Origin: Carcharhinus longimanus
Taxonomy: Eukaryota
Direction: 5' to 3'
NCBI GenBank assembly: GCA_030264375.1
Contig: JASCQW010000001.1
Span: 93,219,771-93,283,770, forward strand
DNA length: 64,000 nt
The notes under the pieces were generated by a model. It searched no databases and was not told the origin of the DNA. It saw only the letters and a list, made by a program, of their open reading frames with translations. The position numbers and the translations under genes are program-made. This document shows positions 12,852-26,149 of this stretch, piece after piece (within the stretch, counting starts at the first letter, position 1; each line of letters begins with the position of its first letter).

Positions 12852-13737
12852 CTGGAAAGATAAAACAAAATTGCTCAATTGCTTTTCTACCCACAAGAAC
12901 ATTGTTCCAACGTTTACAATTATTGTGATGCCAGAACTGACGGCAGCATCTGAATTCTGCACCCGCGCAATTAAATATGTAATTTGATTCTTTTCCCAAG
13001 GTGAGCTGTTGATGTCCTCCAGGAGGTAATCAATTAAGTATCATTGAAATTACAAGAACTTGTCCTTTATGCTCTAAGTCTTTCTGTAAAAACCTCTGAA
13101 AAGGTTGACCTAGTTGAATATGGTGCAACTGGGTTTTTAATGGAGTAGTAAGCTCATAATTACTGCTAAACAGCCTCATTTTATATTTGTTGACTGTCAG
13201 ATTTCCCCATTATGATAAATTCCACATTGTTCACTGGTTGTTAACTTGCTGGTTAGCCGTCTGTGAGAACATGCAGTGTGATTAACTCCTCATAACATCA
13301 CAGTTGCTGGATATCTGGAAACCCCTTTGACTTGAAAGGAAGAGCCTGCACCATGGAGATCACTATGGGTGGGATTTTACAGCCTCGCTCATCTCTAAAC
13401 TGTAAAATTCTGCCCCAGGTCAACGGACCTTTCCGTGGTCCACTCCTCACCCGTTCTGATTCCCATGATGGGCAGGATGGTAAATCCTTGTGGTCAGCTT
13501 TCTTTGAAGTCAGTGACAAGTGCCATTGCTTCACTGCTGATCGAAACATTCAGCCCATTAAACAGTCAGAAAAATAAGTACAAATAAAGCTACTTGTCCC
13601 ATGTAACTCATCCTTCCATTGAAACCAATGTCTCCCAGCTCCCCCACTGCTACATCCAAATGCCGCAAAAAGGTTTTCAGTGTTTTGGCTTCTACCACCT
13701 CTGTGGAAGAAATGGTATTAACTGTTCATACAATGAA

Positions 13738-14052
13738 GAATCATAGAACCGTAGGGTCATAGATTCCTACAGTACAGAAGGAGGCCATTCGGCCCATTGA
13801 GTCTGCACCGAGCACGATCCCACCCAAGCTCCACCTTCACATCCCTATGCATTTACTCTAGCTCGACCCCCTGACACTAAGGGATAATTTAGCACAGCCA
13901 ATCCGCTTAGCCCCTATATCTTTGGACTGTGGGAGGAAACCAGAGCACTGGGAGGAAACCCACGCAGACTCTGTACAGATAGCGACCCAAGCTGGGAATT
14001 GAAACTGGGTCCCTGGACCTGTCAGGCAGCAATGCTAACCACTGTGCCGCCC
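13738..14052 (-). mobile_element. HE1-type SINE
   Basis: Reverse-complement homologue of 9899-10226. Confidence 0.85.
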
Positions 14053-14544
14053 AAAGAAGTGGTTCCTTTTCATAACGTCAGCTGATATTCCTTGTCCAAT
14101 GGTAGTACTGCCTTCTTGAAGCTATGCCCAGATTAGCATTTCATGTAAAAGCTACTCTCTTCAGCTATCGTCATAATGCCCTTCCACATTTGCCTCCTTT
14201 TAAAGCTGCAGATCCCCAGATTTCTATAGTTTAGACTCAAGATGTGACCCAGTCAATATATTGCACAGATTAAGCACGACTGGCTCTGATGTTAAACTGC
14301 TGATCTGGCAACAATCACCCAATTTTATGACTGCGTGGTCTCTCGAGAGCATTTCTTCTATAGCTGCTACCATATTAAGAGACACTCTGCAATGTATTTT
14401 TGTTACACATTTAAACACCCTTAACTTTTCTTTGTGTGTGAAATAATTTCATGTAAGGAGTGAGATCGGTTTTTGAGGTGGTGCAAAACTGTGGACAGCA
14501 AATCAGCAGCCTGTTTTAAGGACCTTATTTTCCCTACAGAACGA

Positions 14545-14890
14545 AAGAAAATAAATAGTAGGAGCAGGATTAGGCCGTATGGCCCCTTGGTCCTGCTCTG
14601 TTGGTCAGTACGATCATGACTGATCTTCTGCTTAAACTCTTGTTTCCCATCCACTCCCCTCTTACTCTGATTCCCTGAGCCCCCAAAGATCTGTCTGCCT
14701 CAGCCTTAAAAATACTCAATGATACATTCAATGTATTCAATCCATATTTTTCTGCACATAGAAAAATCCAATGATCCATAAACCCTTAAGTGAAAAAATT
14801 TCTTTTCATCTCAGTCCTAAATGGGCAGCTTCTTATACTGAAATGCTGTCCTCTGTTCTAGATTCCTCAGTTAGAGGAAACAACCTCAAA
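14545..14890 (-). mobile_element. CR1 LINE 3' end
   Basis: Reverse complement shows RRNFF-type motif and the CR1 3' UTR stem-loop. Confidence 0.7.
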
Positions 14891-15503
14891 GTTGGGTCAT
14901 TGGATCAAAAATCAAGCTGGGTATAAAGCAGGCTGCTGGTTCACTATTACCTGCTTGATGCAATCATCAATGACCAATTCCACCTCTATGGTTGGAATTC
15001 TCCAATGTTGTACCCTTGCCAGAGAGAATAGAGAATTAGGCGCTCAGCCAAATCTCCATTCACAGCAGCGGGACTGCTGCATCCCAGCGGCAGACAAGGT
15101 CGGAGAATCACTGCCTATATTATCCTGAATGATGAAATAGCAAACAATGATTTCATTGCATCATTGCATCTCATTTCTCTATGGTCCAGTCAAAACAAAT
15201 CCATAATAGACCAAGAAATCAATTCATTTCATGCAAAGTGTTATATGGGTAATTTGGTTCAGCAATGTAGATCTCAACTTTAAAACTTTCTGTGAAGGAA
15301 ATAATCCATTAACTTGTAAAACTGCCAGAATCATTTTTCCTTCCTAAGTGTTCTAATATCAGGTTTGAGTTTTGTCAACTTTTTGTTATAGACAGAATAG
15401 CTTGATTGAAGATGCTCTAATTAAAACAGAAGGGGAATTCTGTCTGCTTCAAGTCCAGACCAGAAAAAATTAATAACTGTATCCTATTGACATTTCAACT
15501 TAC

Positions 15504-15575
15504 AAATGTGACAGCGATGATAGGTCGTTAAACGCTCCTTCAGGGATAGCTGAGATGTCATTTCCATGCAAAGAC
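15504..15575 (-). CDS. SLIT2: SLIT2 exon 25 (72 nt): [23 protein letters not shown](L)
   Basis: ttttccag|G TCT TTG CAT...TCA CAT TT|gtaagt; phase 2-2. Confidence 0.97.
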
Positions 15576-16518
15576 CTGGAAAATAGTTTGTGACATACAA
15601 TGAATGCAATATGCTAAGGACTTGCACAAATTCTACTCCGCTTCTTCAACAACAATTAGTGGGCGGATTCTCCAGCCTCCCATCCATGAATCACTCGGTG
15701 GTGGGAGGTGGTATGGCATTCACTGGCAATGGGTGTCTCTGTCCCACTGCAGTCAGTTGGGTTTCCCACTGAAGCCATTCCATTCCGCCAGGAAAGCTGT
15801 GGGCAGGGATGTGCTGCCGGTGGGATGGGAGGATCCCCTTACCAGCAAATGGCCAGAGACTCCCATCTGATGTGTTTCCAGTTTAAGTTTTGCCAAACAT
15901 TTAACAATTGGCATTATTTGTTTGGGTTGTGGCAGACCATCGCTTGTACAATGGTTACACTTCTAAATCTGTCTTTTCCATATCAATCACAGAATCATTC
16001 AGCTAATTTAAACCTAATTTGCAGCATGGAAAACTACAGCATTGGCTGTAACTCAGGCTGGAATTTTTCAGCTCCATTGCGGCAGATTCTTCCAAGGTGG
16101 ATATGGCAAGCCCTGCAAAATGCACATTTGACTTCGTTGGGATCAGAAGCTGCTGCTGGCAGATGGGGCCTGAAAATCCCATTCTCTGGCTTTCCATTCT
16201 GCCCAATAGGACTTGCCATTGACTTCAATGTCAATTCAAAATGTTATGATTTGTAAAACCAGCACCCAATCTCAGCAGTTTCCAACAAGCATGCTGGGTT
16301 AAAATCATCCCAGTGTACTACATCTGTTGCTGGTAATTCTGTCCACAGGGAAAGGGGAACTGATCTTGGAGTATAAACATAGAAAGCCTGCAGTTGGGTA
16401 ATGGTTTCCCAAGTTGCGGAGTAAAAAAGTGCTGCTATGAAAGTGTCTTTGCATGAATCAGCATTTCTCCTCAACTCAACTAGAGTAAAATAAAATCTGC
16501 ATTACAGCCCTAAGTCCT

Positions 16519-16655
16519 GTAAGAAGTCTTACAACACCAGGTTAAAGTCCAATAGGTTTACTTGATGATACCAAATAAACCTGTTGGACTTTAACCTGGT
16601 GTTGTAAGGCTTCTTACTGTGCCCACCCCAGGCCAACGCTGGCATCTCCGCAGCA
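16519..16655 (+). mobile_element. Penelope terminal-repeat palindrome
   Basis: 46-bp inverted arms 16519-16564 and 16572-16617 made of the PLE end ccaaataaacctgttggactttaacctggtgttgt. Confidence 0.75.
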
Positions 16656-16835
16656 CTAAGTTCTGACAGTGTGAGCGAATGTTTGTGGTTCTGATTTGTC
16701 ACCAGACCCACAGGAGTGCAAATAAAAAGTAAACAGAGTTTTTGTGAGTTGTCAGCCATGAGCTAATGGTATTTCTATACTGTGAGATTTCCAAATCCAC
16801 GGTCACAAAATTCAACTTTCAAATCCATTGATCCA

Positions 16836-17026
16836 AAAGCAAAATACTGCAGACATTGGAAATCTGAAATAAAAAGAGAAAATGCTGGAAATACACAACA
16901 GGCCTGACAGCATCCGTGGAGACAGAAACAATGTTAACCTGTTGAAACAATTAACTCTGCTTCTCTCTACCCAGATGCTGCCAAAGCAGCTGTGTAATTC
17001 CAGCATTTTCTGATTTTATTTCAAAT
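16836..17026. mobile_element. Penelope terminal-repeat palindrome (second family, diverged)
   Basis: Arms about 16862-16937 and 16951-17026 with cagatgctgcc...tccagcattttctg. Confidence 0.7.
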
Positions 17027-17782
17027 CCTCTGGATTTATCACATGTACTTTACTCAGGCCTTTTCTGGATCTCCTGAAATTCTGTCCATTCATTTATTGG
17101 GGACAACCTAACTCGCCAAGTTGGAAATCCTCAGAGTCAAGTGGTATGTTAAGCTTGCACCCCACCCAACTTTATTCTCTGCAATATGATCTGTTTGTTT
17201 CTAATTACTCATCTGACCCCACATTCCCCATAATTTGCGATCAGCTGTGGCCTACTCACGTAGGAGGCCTTACAATGGAATTTTACACACAAGTCCATTT
17301 GAAAGTCAGTTGGAGATGGAGAATAATGCCTTTATACTGTTGGTATGCTGTGTCTGTTTGTACACTGATCTCCTGTAGCTGCTGGTTCTGACCATGTCAA
17401 CCTGGCTGATTCAGATATCAGGGTCAGCAATTCCCTCAGAGTTGTTCTTGCTCTGCTGCCATAAATGCTGGTACTGTAAGAAAATGTTTATGCACAAAGT
17501 GCATGTCTACAAACAAAGTGATGATGACAACGTTGGAATAACTCCAAGGAAATTTCTGACTCAGATCTTCTAGGCATTCTGTCATGGCATGCGGATTTGA
17601 GGAAGGAGTACGCAGGCACTGATCCAATAACAAGATGACCAAAATTCTAGCATTGATTGGAATGAGGAAAGTGGCTGGGAAACCCCAAAGCTTCACCTAA
17701 GCTTATATAAATGCTGGTAAACAGTGCTGCAGCATTTAAAAATGTTGGCAATGGGAGCCATCTGATCTACTCTCGTACTTAC

Positions 17783-17854
17783 AACAAACGCAGGGACTTT
17801 AAACCGTCGAACGTTCGAACTGGGATACACCTGAGCCGGTTATAACTAAGAATT
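17783..17854 (-). CDS. SLIT2: SLIT2 exon 24 (72 nt): [23 protein letters not shown](L)
   Basis: ttcacag|A ATT CTT AGT...CGT TTG TT|gtaagt; phase 2-2. Confidence 0.97.
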
Positions 17855-18053
17855 CTGTGAAGATAAAAACATCATGTTAGATGAAATATGGCAGTTTGTA
17901 ACAGGAGCAAATAATCACATGCTGGGGACAGGGTCAAATATTCCTCTACTTCGCAAGCCTGCAGTTGAGTTTGGATATGGCTAGTTTAATCAGTTTTGTT
18001 TTTCTACAACCAAGAGGTATCCTGGTTTAATGCCAAATAGATATTATACTTAC

Positions 18054-18125
18054 AAAGTCAGGAGCTCTGTCATGTTGCTGAAGCTCTGATTGTACAATGT
18101 ACTGATCCTGTTGTTACTTAAATCA
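18054..18125 (-). CDS. SLIT2: SLIT2 exon 23 (72 nt): DLSNNRISTLYNQSFSNMTELLT(L)
   Basis: ttttccag|T GAT TTA AGT...CTG ACT TT|gtaagt; phase 2-2. Confidence 0.97.
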
Positions 18126-19200
18126 CTGGAAAACAGAGAGTATAATTAGAACAGTTGGTAGAGAAGGGTATCTATGTGATCTATGTCCATTGTAGCTCCA
18201 AATATCACAAGATTTGAGGCTATAAGATGTCTAAGGCATAGCACGATGAATCAGGGTTTGGAATTTAAAACTTGCCAAGCAAATTGCACACATGTTTTTT
18301 TATGCTGCAATCAATTGTGCAATTTAGAAAGTGTTCTCACTGTCTAACCATCAAACCTAAACAAAGCTCCTGTCTTTGGGTGTCTCTTTCTTCGGCAGAT
18401 ACTGGCGTGATGCATAGCCATTTGCAGATCCAGAATTCAGGTTGTGGCAATCAAATACCTTGCTGCCAGCTTGGAGGCAAAATACCTCCAAAATAAAAGC
18501 AAACCTCCAAAGAATACAAACACAGATGTGAGCCCTCACAAGCCCAAAATTTATTTATAAAAAATATGGCTGGTCCCTCTTTCAGCAAGGACTTCCAGGC
18601 ACCCCAGAATATGCCTTTCTGCTCATTTTTTGGGGGGAGATCTGACTGCACAGTGAGCAAGTCACAGAATCACCCTGCACTGTTGCCATATTATTATTAT
18701 GCAGTGTAACTTTAAAATGAAGCTTTTGCATGAATGGTGTTCAATTTCACAGCGTTGATCACCAGTTCTGCTCTGGCACACCCAGACACGTTGCTTGAAA
18801 ATCACTTGACTCCCTGAATTTACTTCTCAAGATTTACATTATGTCTGTGATGTTCAACAGATTCATTCTGGGAGTTCTGATAGTGCAATGATTACTGAAC
18901 TACACAGATCAGGTATACCATCAACACTTTCTGCTCTGACTCCCAAATGAAAATGGTCACTGGAAGGATGAGTGGGCTGTTCCCCAGGGTTCCCAGCTCG
19001 TGATTCAGCAGGAAGATGAGGGATGATGTTGGGAACATCCATCCTGCTTTGGAAGCATTGTTATGAAGGGTTCCAACTGCTCAAGGTCCTGGCCCAACAT
19101 ACCCTCATGGCCCCAGACACCCAATTAAATTATGGGACAACATACATGAACCCAGAACTACCAAGGCATTCACAAGGTTTGACACTTGTACATAATTTAC

Positions 19201-19549
19201 CATAGAATACCTACTGTGCAGGAAGTGGCCATCCAGCCCACTGAGTCTGCACCAACTCTCTTAAAGGGCATCTTATCCAGGCCCACTCCCTTCCCCTATC
19301 TCCATTACCCTCTGTATTTACCATGGCTAATCCAGCTAGCCTACACATCTTTGGACACCAAGGGACAATTTAGTATGGCCAGTCCACCTAACCTGCATAT
19401 CTTTAGACTGTGGAATGGAATCGGAGCACCCAGAGGAAACCTATGCAGTGATGGGGAGAACGTGCAAGCTCAACACAGACATCACCCACGGCTAGAATCG
19501 AATCCAGGTCCCTGGTGTTGTGAGGCAGCAGTGCTAACCACTGTGCCAT
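19201..19549 (-). mobile_element. HE1-type SINE
   Basis: Head (gcagtgctaaccactgtgcca on + strand), V-domain, CR1 tail. Confidence 0.85.
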
Positions 19550-19759
19550 CCTTACAGGATACCCAGCACTGCCTGGTACCATCTGTTTCCATGGTCTTTA
19601 ATGTCCTTAGCAATAAACATGTACAGCATGTAGTCAGCACTGATATCCATTATCCAACAACAGTGTTGGAATACACTGCCACAAAAGCAAGACTTGATTC
19701 GGAGTTACATATTCACTTGTTAGTGACCAACCTCCTGTGTAGAATGAAGACTGTCAAAC

Positions 19760-20038
19760 TGAACATTAAAATTAGTCAGAGATAAAATTCTGAAGGGACT
19801 TGATAGAAGAGATAAAAGGAAACTTTTAGTCACTGCTGAGGAATCTAGAACAAGGGCCAGGGCCAGGCTATTCAGCAGAGAAGTTAGGAAGCACTTCATC
19901 ATGCAAAAGGATTTATTTTGCGAGCCAAGTGAATAAGGGGATATAAAGCCAAGGTGAGCGGATAGAATTAGGATACAGGTCAGCTATGATCTCAGTGAAT
20001 GGTTTGAGGAGCTGAATGGCCTATCCTGAATCCTATAG
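19760..20038 (+). mobile_element. CR1 LINE 3' end (decayed)
   Basis: gaagttaggaagcacttcatcatgcaaaa...cagctatgatctcagtgaatgg...gctgaatggcct. Confidence 0.65.
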
Positions 20039-20084
20039 GTTTTTAAATTTCAGTACTTAGGAGTGCAATGATGAGAGTACCTAC

Positions 20085-20153
20085 ATAAGCAATAAATGCT
20101 TGAAGGTGGTGAGTTCCTTTGGCACCATCACAAATTGATTTCCATCTAGATAT
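20085..20153 (-). CDS. SLIT2: SLIT2 exon 22 (69 nt): YLDGNQFVMVPKELTTFKHLLL(I)
   Basis: ttccag|A TAT CTA GAT GGA...TTG CTT AT|gtaggt; phase 2-2. Confidence 0.96.
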
Positions 20154-21810
20154 CTGGAACACAAAACATTGCATGAGATATAACATCAAGCAGTAGTGAT
20201 GAATTAGTTTGTGCTCAACCCGCTATCTTCCAATTTTTAAACAAAATGCACCAATTAACAAAGTAAAAGCTTTCAAAGTTGACCAACCCATTGAAGTGCC
20301 AGGGCCCATAGTGCAACAATACACCAACAACAGGAGAAATGAGGAAAGAGGTCAATCCAGATGTGGTGATTCGGTGCCAGCAAGCTTGGTGGACGTCAGG
20401 AGGCAAGTATACCTAATGGAGGGGTTCACGCTTTTACTATCCTGATAAGGAGCAAAATTTAAAACCCATTTTCTTGTCCCCTCTGCATTGAGACTGGCTG
20501 CCAGATGTGGAACCTCCTAGCAGGTGTCCAGATACATTGACCAACATGCCTTCTAGCCCATAGATTGATGGGAGAGAACTGCAAGAATGAATTTACTTTC
20601 ATGGCTTGTCTTGGATTATTGCCTATCTTCTCAAATTATTCAACTGGAGGAGAGGGTAAAGAATGCCAGACATTGGCCTCATGCCAATATTTGCTGGTAT
20701 TCCTCATCCTTTCTCTATGTTTAAGAACTGAGTACTTGTATTAGAGCTCAGATTAGAGCACCATGAGTCAATATATCATGTAGAATCCCTATAGATTTCT
20801 TCAACTATGTTCTAGAGGCATATACCAAAAAGCTACATATTTACATTACATCATTTATGATTGAAAAGCAGCTAACACAAAATTTTGAAAGCCCTGTTGT
20901 TTCCTCTCTTCTCACTTCACTCCTTCCACCCACAACCCCGCCTCCCTCTATCAACTGTAAAGGAAGACTTTTATTTGGTTTTTAAAGTTCTAATCACTGT
21001 TGCCCTTGGGAAACCGTTAATTGTTATTGTTTCTGTAAAATATTCATTACTGTTGATTATGGAAGGCTGGTCATAGACTTTGCCGAATTAAAAATTAATA
21101 CTGTGCCTCTGTGAAGGGTAACTCGTTGTTTTAAATATTAATAACAGTGTACAACTGTTCCTAGGCACTCTATGTATGGTCTGGAGTATGAACAAGACTG
21201 GTCTACAATTGACTGCTTTAAATATTAATCATTGTAGTGGTCCCCTCCAAATTAATTATTTTAAAAAGGCCCTGCAATCAACTCAAGCCTTTTGCTTTAT
21301 GAATGTTAGATTGATGAAATAACAACAGAAACATCAATAACAAAACCTAAGTAAGTGGAGGTGGTTTTAAACAACAATGACTACAGCATGACTGATGATT
21401 CAGTGTGCTGTAACAAGATAGACAGTGGTTTGGTAATCATAAGGCCACGATATTCATCTCCCTGAAGAAAAGGATAATTCCTGAACCAATTATTAGCTGT
21501 GATTCTAGTTTCTACACTAGTAAGACCTGGGAATTCATTTGGAAAAATGCATCCTGGGGGAAAATGTAAGTACGGCATTGACAGGGCAAAGCTTCATCAG
21601 ACTGGCTGGGAGGAGGAAAAATATATACATTATACCTGCGTCTACCAGCTGAACAAACAGCTCGGTGGTGCTGGTATGTTAAAGACTGTGACGCCGGTGT
21701 GTTATGAATCGCAGCGCTGGTGTGTTATGAAATGTGTGTTATGGACCATGGTGCCGGTGTGTTATGCACCACGGCACTGGTATATTACAGAACGCGGTGC
21801 TGATGTGATA

Positions 21811-22004
21811 GGCGCCGCGGTGAAGGTGCGACAGGCGCCGCGGTGAAGGTGCGACAGACGCCGCGGTGAAGGTGCGACAGACGCCGCGGTGAAGGTGCGA
21901 CAGACGCCGCGGTGAAGGTGCGACAGACGCCGCGGTGAAGGTGCGACAGACGCCGCGGTGAAGGTGCGACAGACGCCGCGGTGAAGGTGCGACAGACGCC
22001 GCGG
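21811..22004 (+). repeat. 23-bp GC/CpG-rich minisatellite (CAGACGCCGCGGTGAAGGTGCGA)n, at least 8 copies, running into a gap
   Basis: Directly visible near-perfect tandem copies. Confidence 0.95.
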
Positions 22005-23321
22005 NNNNNNNNNNNNNNNNNNNNNNNNNNNNNNNNNNNNNNNNNNNNGGTGAAGCTGTGATAGATAGTGATCATGATGTGTCGAAAATAGCGGTAATGA
22101 TGTATTAGAATTGGGATGTGTGAGATGTGCAGCTTGAAGTTACTTAGTGGAAATGTACAATGATCATTTCTTTATTAGGCCAGAGAAATGTTGGATTATT
22201 TGGATGACATTGTTCAGAAATGTATAAAATTTCTTACATGGAATGGTAATTATTCCCTGACAGCTACTGATTGAACCATCTGAAAAGATGGCGTATGGAA
22301 GTAACAACCTTAATTAAAATTCAATGAGTGACTGAGAACAACATCTGGAGAATGAGCCTAACATTTTGAGGATATTGCTCAGCCAGTAGAAACAGAGTGG
22401 TTTAGGATTCCAAATATTGACACCAATCATCTCACATCATTACCATAATGGGGGTAGGTGTCTTGTGTTGTACTTGTTTAGAGACATACGCTCATTCTGC
22501 TAGTGCATGTTGAAGTACTCGGAGGACTCAGAACCAGGAAAGGCCAAAGGAAAATGGAAGTTAAATTTTCTCTTGCATCTAATTGAGCAGGTGGGAATTG
22601 TTTCGATCAAAATTAATTTTCTTGAAGCCTTTACTCAGCCCTCAATGAAAACCGCTCCAGCTTTCAGCTAACGAGCATGCTAGTGGACCCATTGGACTGG
22701 ACTCTCCCAGATAAGGGCCATAAACAATTTCCATATTACATCTATCAATTTTCATTAACATCATCATTTCCTTGACTTATAAGGTAGAGCATAACAGTAA
22801 TCCATGAGTCCAGTGTGTATTATCTCTCAACAATAAATTTAAATGATCAGAAAATGATGTCCAGAGCACGCACACATTTCCAATAATCACTATGCAGCAG
22901 AAAAGCCCCTAACATTCTCATTGAATGGAAGACACAAAGTTTGGAACTTTAATCAAACTATGCCATGGACAGAGATGGAAATGTAAAACGTCTACCCTGT
23001 GACTCTGCAGAATGCCAACATAATTGCACAATTCAAACAAGGAAACGAAAGATAAAACTATATTAAATTCAATACAAGCTGGGCGTTGCTTCAGAAGATG
23101 TGTGCATGTTAGTGCTATGTAGCTAATCTTCACATTTTTCTGGTTACAAGAAATTACGATTTCCTCCACAGGGCTCACAGCTGCCATCTGATAAGTGTCT
23201 TTTGACTCCAGATTGCCATGTTTGATTAGCACTCTTTGGACTATGCTTCATCACTGAAACTCCCTCCATAATTACTTTGAATATAAGCTGTCAAAGGTAA
23301 GAGTTAAAAAGTGAGTCTCAC

Positions 23322-23454
23322 AGTTCTGTCACATCTTTGGGAAGGCCCTTGGGTAAGGCCTTCAGTCCCTTGTTACTGCAGCGGACCACGGAATCCAGAC
23401 AAGTGCATTCAGCAGGGCAGCGAGCAAGGGGCGAACAGCTGTTGTCATCATTTC
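23322..23454 (-). CDS. SLIT2: SLIT2 exon 21 (133 nt, D4 N-cap): [43 protein letters not shown](L)
   Basis: atccag|GA AAT GAT GAC...ACA GAA CT|gtgaga; phase 1-2. Confidence 0.97.
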
Positions 23455-24502
23455 CTGGATTGTGGGCAGAAGAGATAACTGTGAGGCAAACTAAACAAGT
23501 TATTTCCTTCAATTTGAAGGACAGTTCAAAAGGATAGCAAGACAAGGGCCCTTGTTTGAGATAATAGATTCAAGCTGTTCACATTAATTCATGTTGGGGT
23601 ACAGTAGCATTGTTGTACCGAAATGAAAAGTGCACCAAGATTAAAAATCTTAAAAAGGGAATAATGGATATCTGGCAGTGATTCACCACCAGTAATTTAA
23701 TTGAGTTGTTCAGATGTTTTTTTTAGTACATATGGACTGGCTAGCAGTAATTGCAAGGTAGTAATCTAGTCAAATCGTTCAGATGACATAAGGAAACTTT
23801 AATAGTGAAGCTGCGGTGAAATGAAATAATCAGCACCTGGCACCAAGGATAAGATTACTGTCTTATTCCCATGCAAGTCCACCTGTCTCCAGTTCTAAGT
23901 TCATGGTTGTGCCTTGCTTGAACCTCTATGAATGTATCACATTACTCAAACATCTTGATTAAAGTTTTGTCTAAGTTTAAATAATACAAATTGCAAAATA
24001 CATTCATATGATACACAACCACTTAATGCATTTATATGAAAATACTGAGCCTGCTATTTCAACATTACTCATTGTTCACCCTCTGGAATAATATACATTG
24101 GTGGTGGGGAGAAACCACATTAAAAAAAATCATTGAGGTAAAGGGCGCCTTCAGTAAAATCCCTCAGAAATTGAAGTAAGATCCTCAATTTTATCGAAAC
24201 AAAGGAATGACCATTTCCTGTCATGGTCAACCTGTCCTTTCCCCTGCTCTGGTACGTAAAATGTCAATAATTAATCTTGCAGTGACATGTGCACTCAGCA
24301 CCATTAAAAGGACATGGTACATTTAAGGTAAGCTTATTACATCTGTTTTTGTTGTAAATTACTAATTTACAACAAGAATATCACTGGCACCACTGAGTTT
24401 TCCAATGGAAATCTAACATGTTTGGAAGATGCACACACCTAATGGTTGCCAGAACAGACTCTCTTAGAGATATTTTACACATTGCAAACTTTGGCACAGT
24501 GA

Positions 24503-24780
24503 ATGGTGGCACAGTGGTTAGCACTGCTGCTTCACAGCGCCAGGGACCCAAGTTTGAATCCTGGTTTGGTTTGAGTGGACTTTGCACATTCTCTCAGTGT
24601 CTGCATGGTTTCCTCCAGGTACTCCGGTTTCCTCTCATAGTCCTGGTTGGGTGCATTGGCCATGCTAAATTCTTGCTCAGTTTACCCAAACAGGTGCTGG
24701 AGTGTGGCGACTAGGGGATTTTCACAGTAACTTCATTGCAGTGTTAATGTTAGCCTACTTATGACGAATAAATAAATACA
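24503..24780 (+). mobile_element. tRNA-derived V-SINE, full length
   Basis: Head ggcacagtggttagcactgctgcttcacagcgccaggg; tail ggggattttcacagtaacttcattgcagtgttaatg...(aaat)n. Confidence 0.85.
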
Positions 24781-26149
24781 TAATCATATCCGTACCTGCA
24801 GAGAGTGGTAGCCAGACCGTGTTCTGACAGATGTTTAGTGTTTTACTGATTCTGCTGATGATGTCATGAACTATGGGAATGCCCAATCAATTTTAATGCT
24901 GGATGCTCCTTCAGCAGCACCTCAAGCACAGTGTGCCCAAATTTCAGTGACAATGGAAGGAAGCAATTCAAGGGTTACCAAATGTCAAGCTTATCTAACA
25001 AGGCACGCCTTGCAAGATGGTGCACTACCATGCATTTCTGAAGATCATGGCATGCCTACCTAAGAATGGCTACAGGGAACTGTATTCAGCAAGTATAGAG
25101 TTCCATTATCTGCTGCAAATTTACCTGCAGATACTGTACAAAATGAGGTTAGCACATCCAAATAAATTCTGAAACTTAATTCATTGCAGGCATGCTATAG
25201 TGCAGACAGATGTGTTTGGTGCCAGGGATCAGCGCATAGGGCAACCACCCTCACAACAATATGGTCACACAAAGTCACGATCTGCTAAGTGTGCTCCCAA
25301 AACTAGACTGAAACTGCAGTTGTGGTTCTGCTGATGACCCGACCACATAAAATTGGAGAAAACACATTTCCATTCCAAACAATTCGAACCATGCCAATTA
25401 ATGTTCTGAAACAAACTGTGCCAGCAGTAGAAAATAGAAAACTGACCAAGATTTTCATAGCACAGTGATAGTTAGTATTGCACCAGCTTTCATTTCATCA
25501 GCTTGACAACAACTTCACTGACATTAACTGAAGCATGGGGGGGGGGGGGAAGGATTAAATAACATTGACGTTTTGGAGTACAGTCCCCAATATGAACAGC
25601 GATGCATGCTTGAAAATCAATTGCCTGTTGAGTTACAATTTGTGTCAGGAAGTGATTAGCAAGCTTTCAATCCAAATGCTCAATGTATTTCTTCCTGGAA
25701 CAGGTATTCCAGCTGCACCTGCAATGATTTCTACAGTCCATCACTGAATGTAGGTCTATGAGATTCACTCTGCAGATTAGACTGGAATTGGCTCAGGTTC
25801 AGCTGCATTAGGAAGTAATACAAATAGAGCATAAGGACTGACAGCTTGAAAACTGTTCCCTGACAGAAACTTCACTGTTCTCGGAGGGAGAAAAAATGTG
25901 TTTTCAAACATTTGTCATTGAGAAGAGAAACTCTTGCTGTTGCAGCTGACAACTAGAATGCAAAAACATTTAAAAACACTTTTGTTTCGACAAAGCAAGA
26001 TAACTCTGGCACAAGACAGGAATGTGAGACTTATGATATTGCTCAAAACTTTAAGTTTGAACCACAATTAAAAGCAATGCATGCTCAAGTTTCCTATAGG
26101 CATCATAACAGGAATGCAAGGCCAGGAAGTTACTCAATCAGGGCTACAC

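Noticed and set aside
19186-19785. 199-aa + strand ORF
   Set aside because: Mostly an antisense read-through of an HE1-type SINE.
24785-25135. AG|GT juxtapositions on the gene strand (possible recursive splice sites)
   Set aside because: The intron is only about 6 kb and the pyrimidine tracts are weak; consistent with chance.
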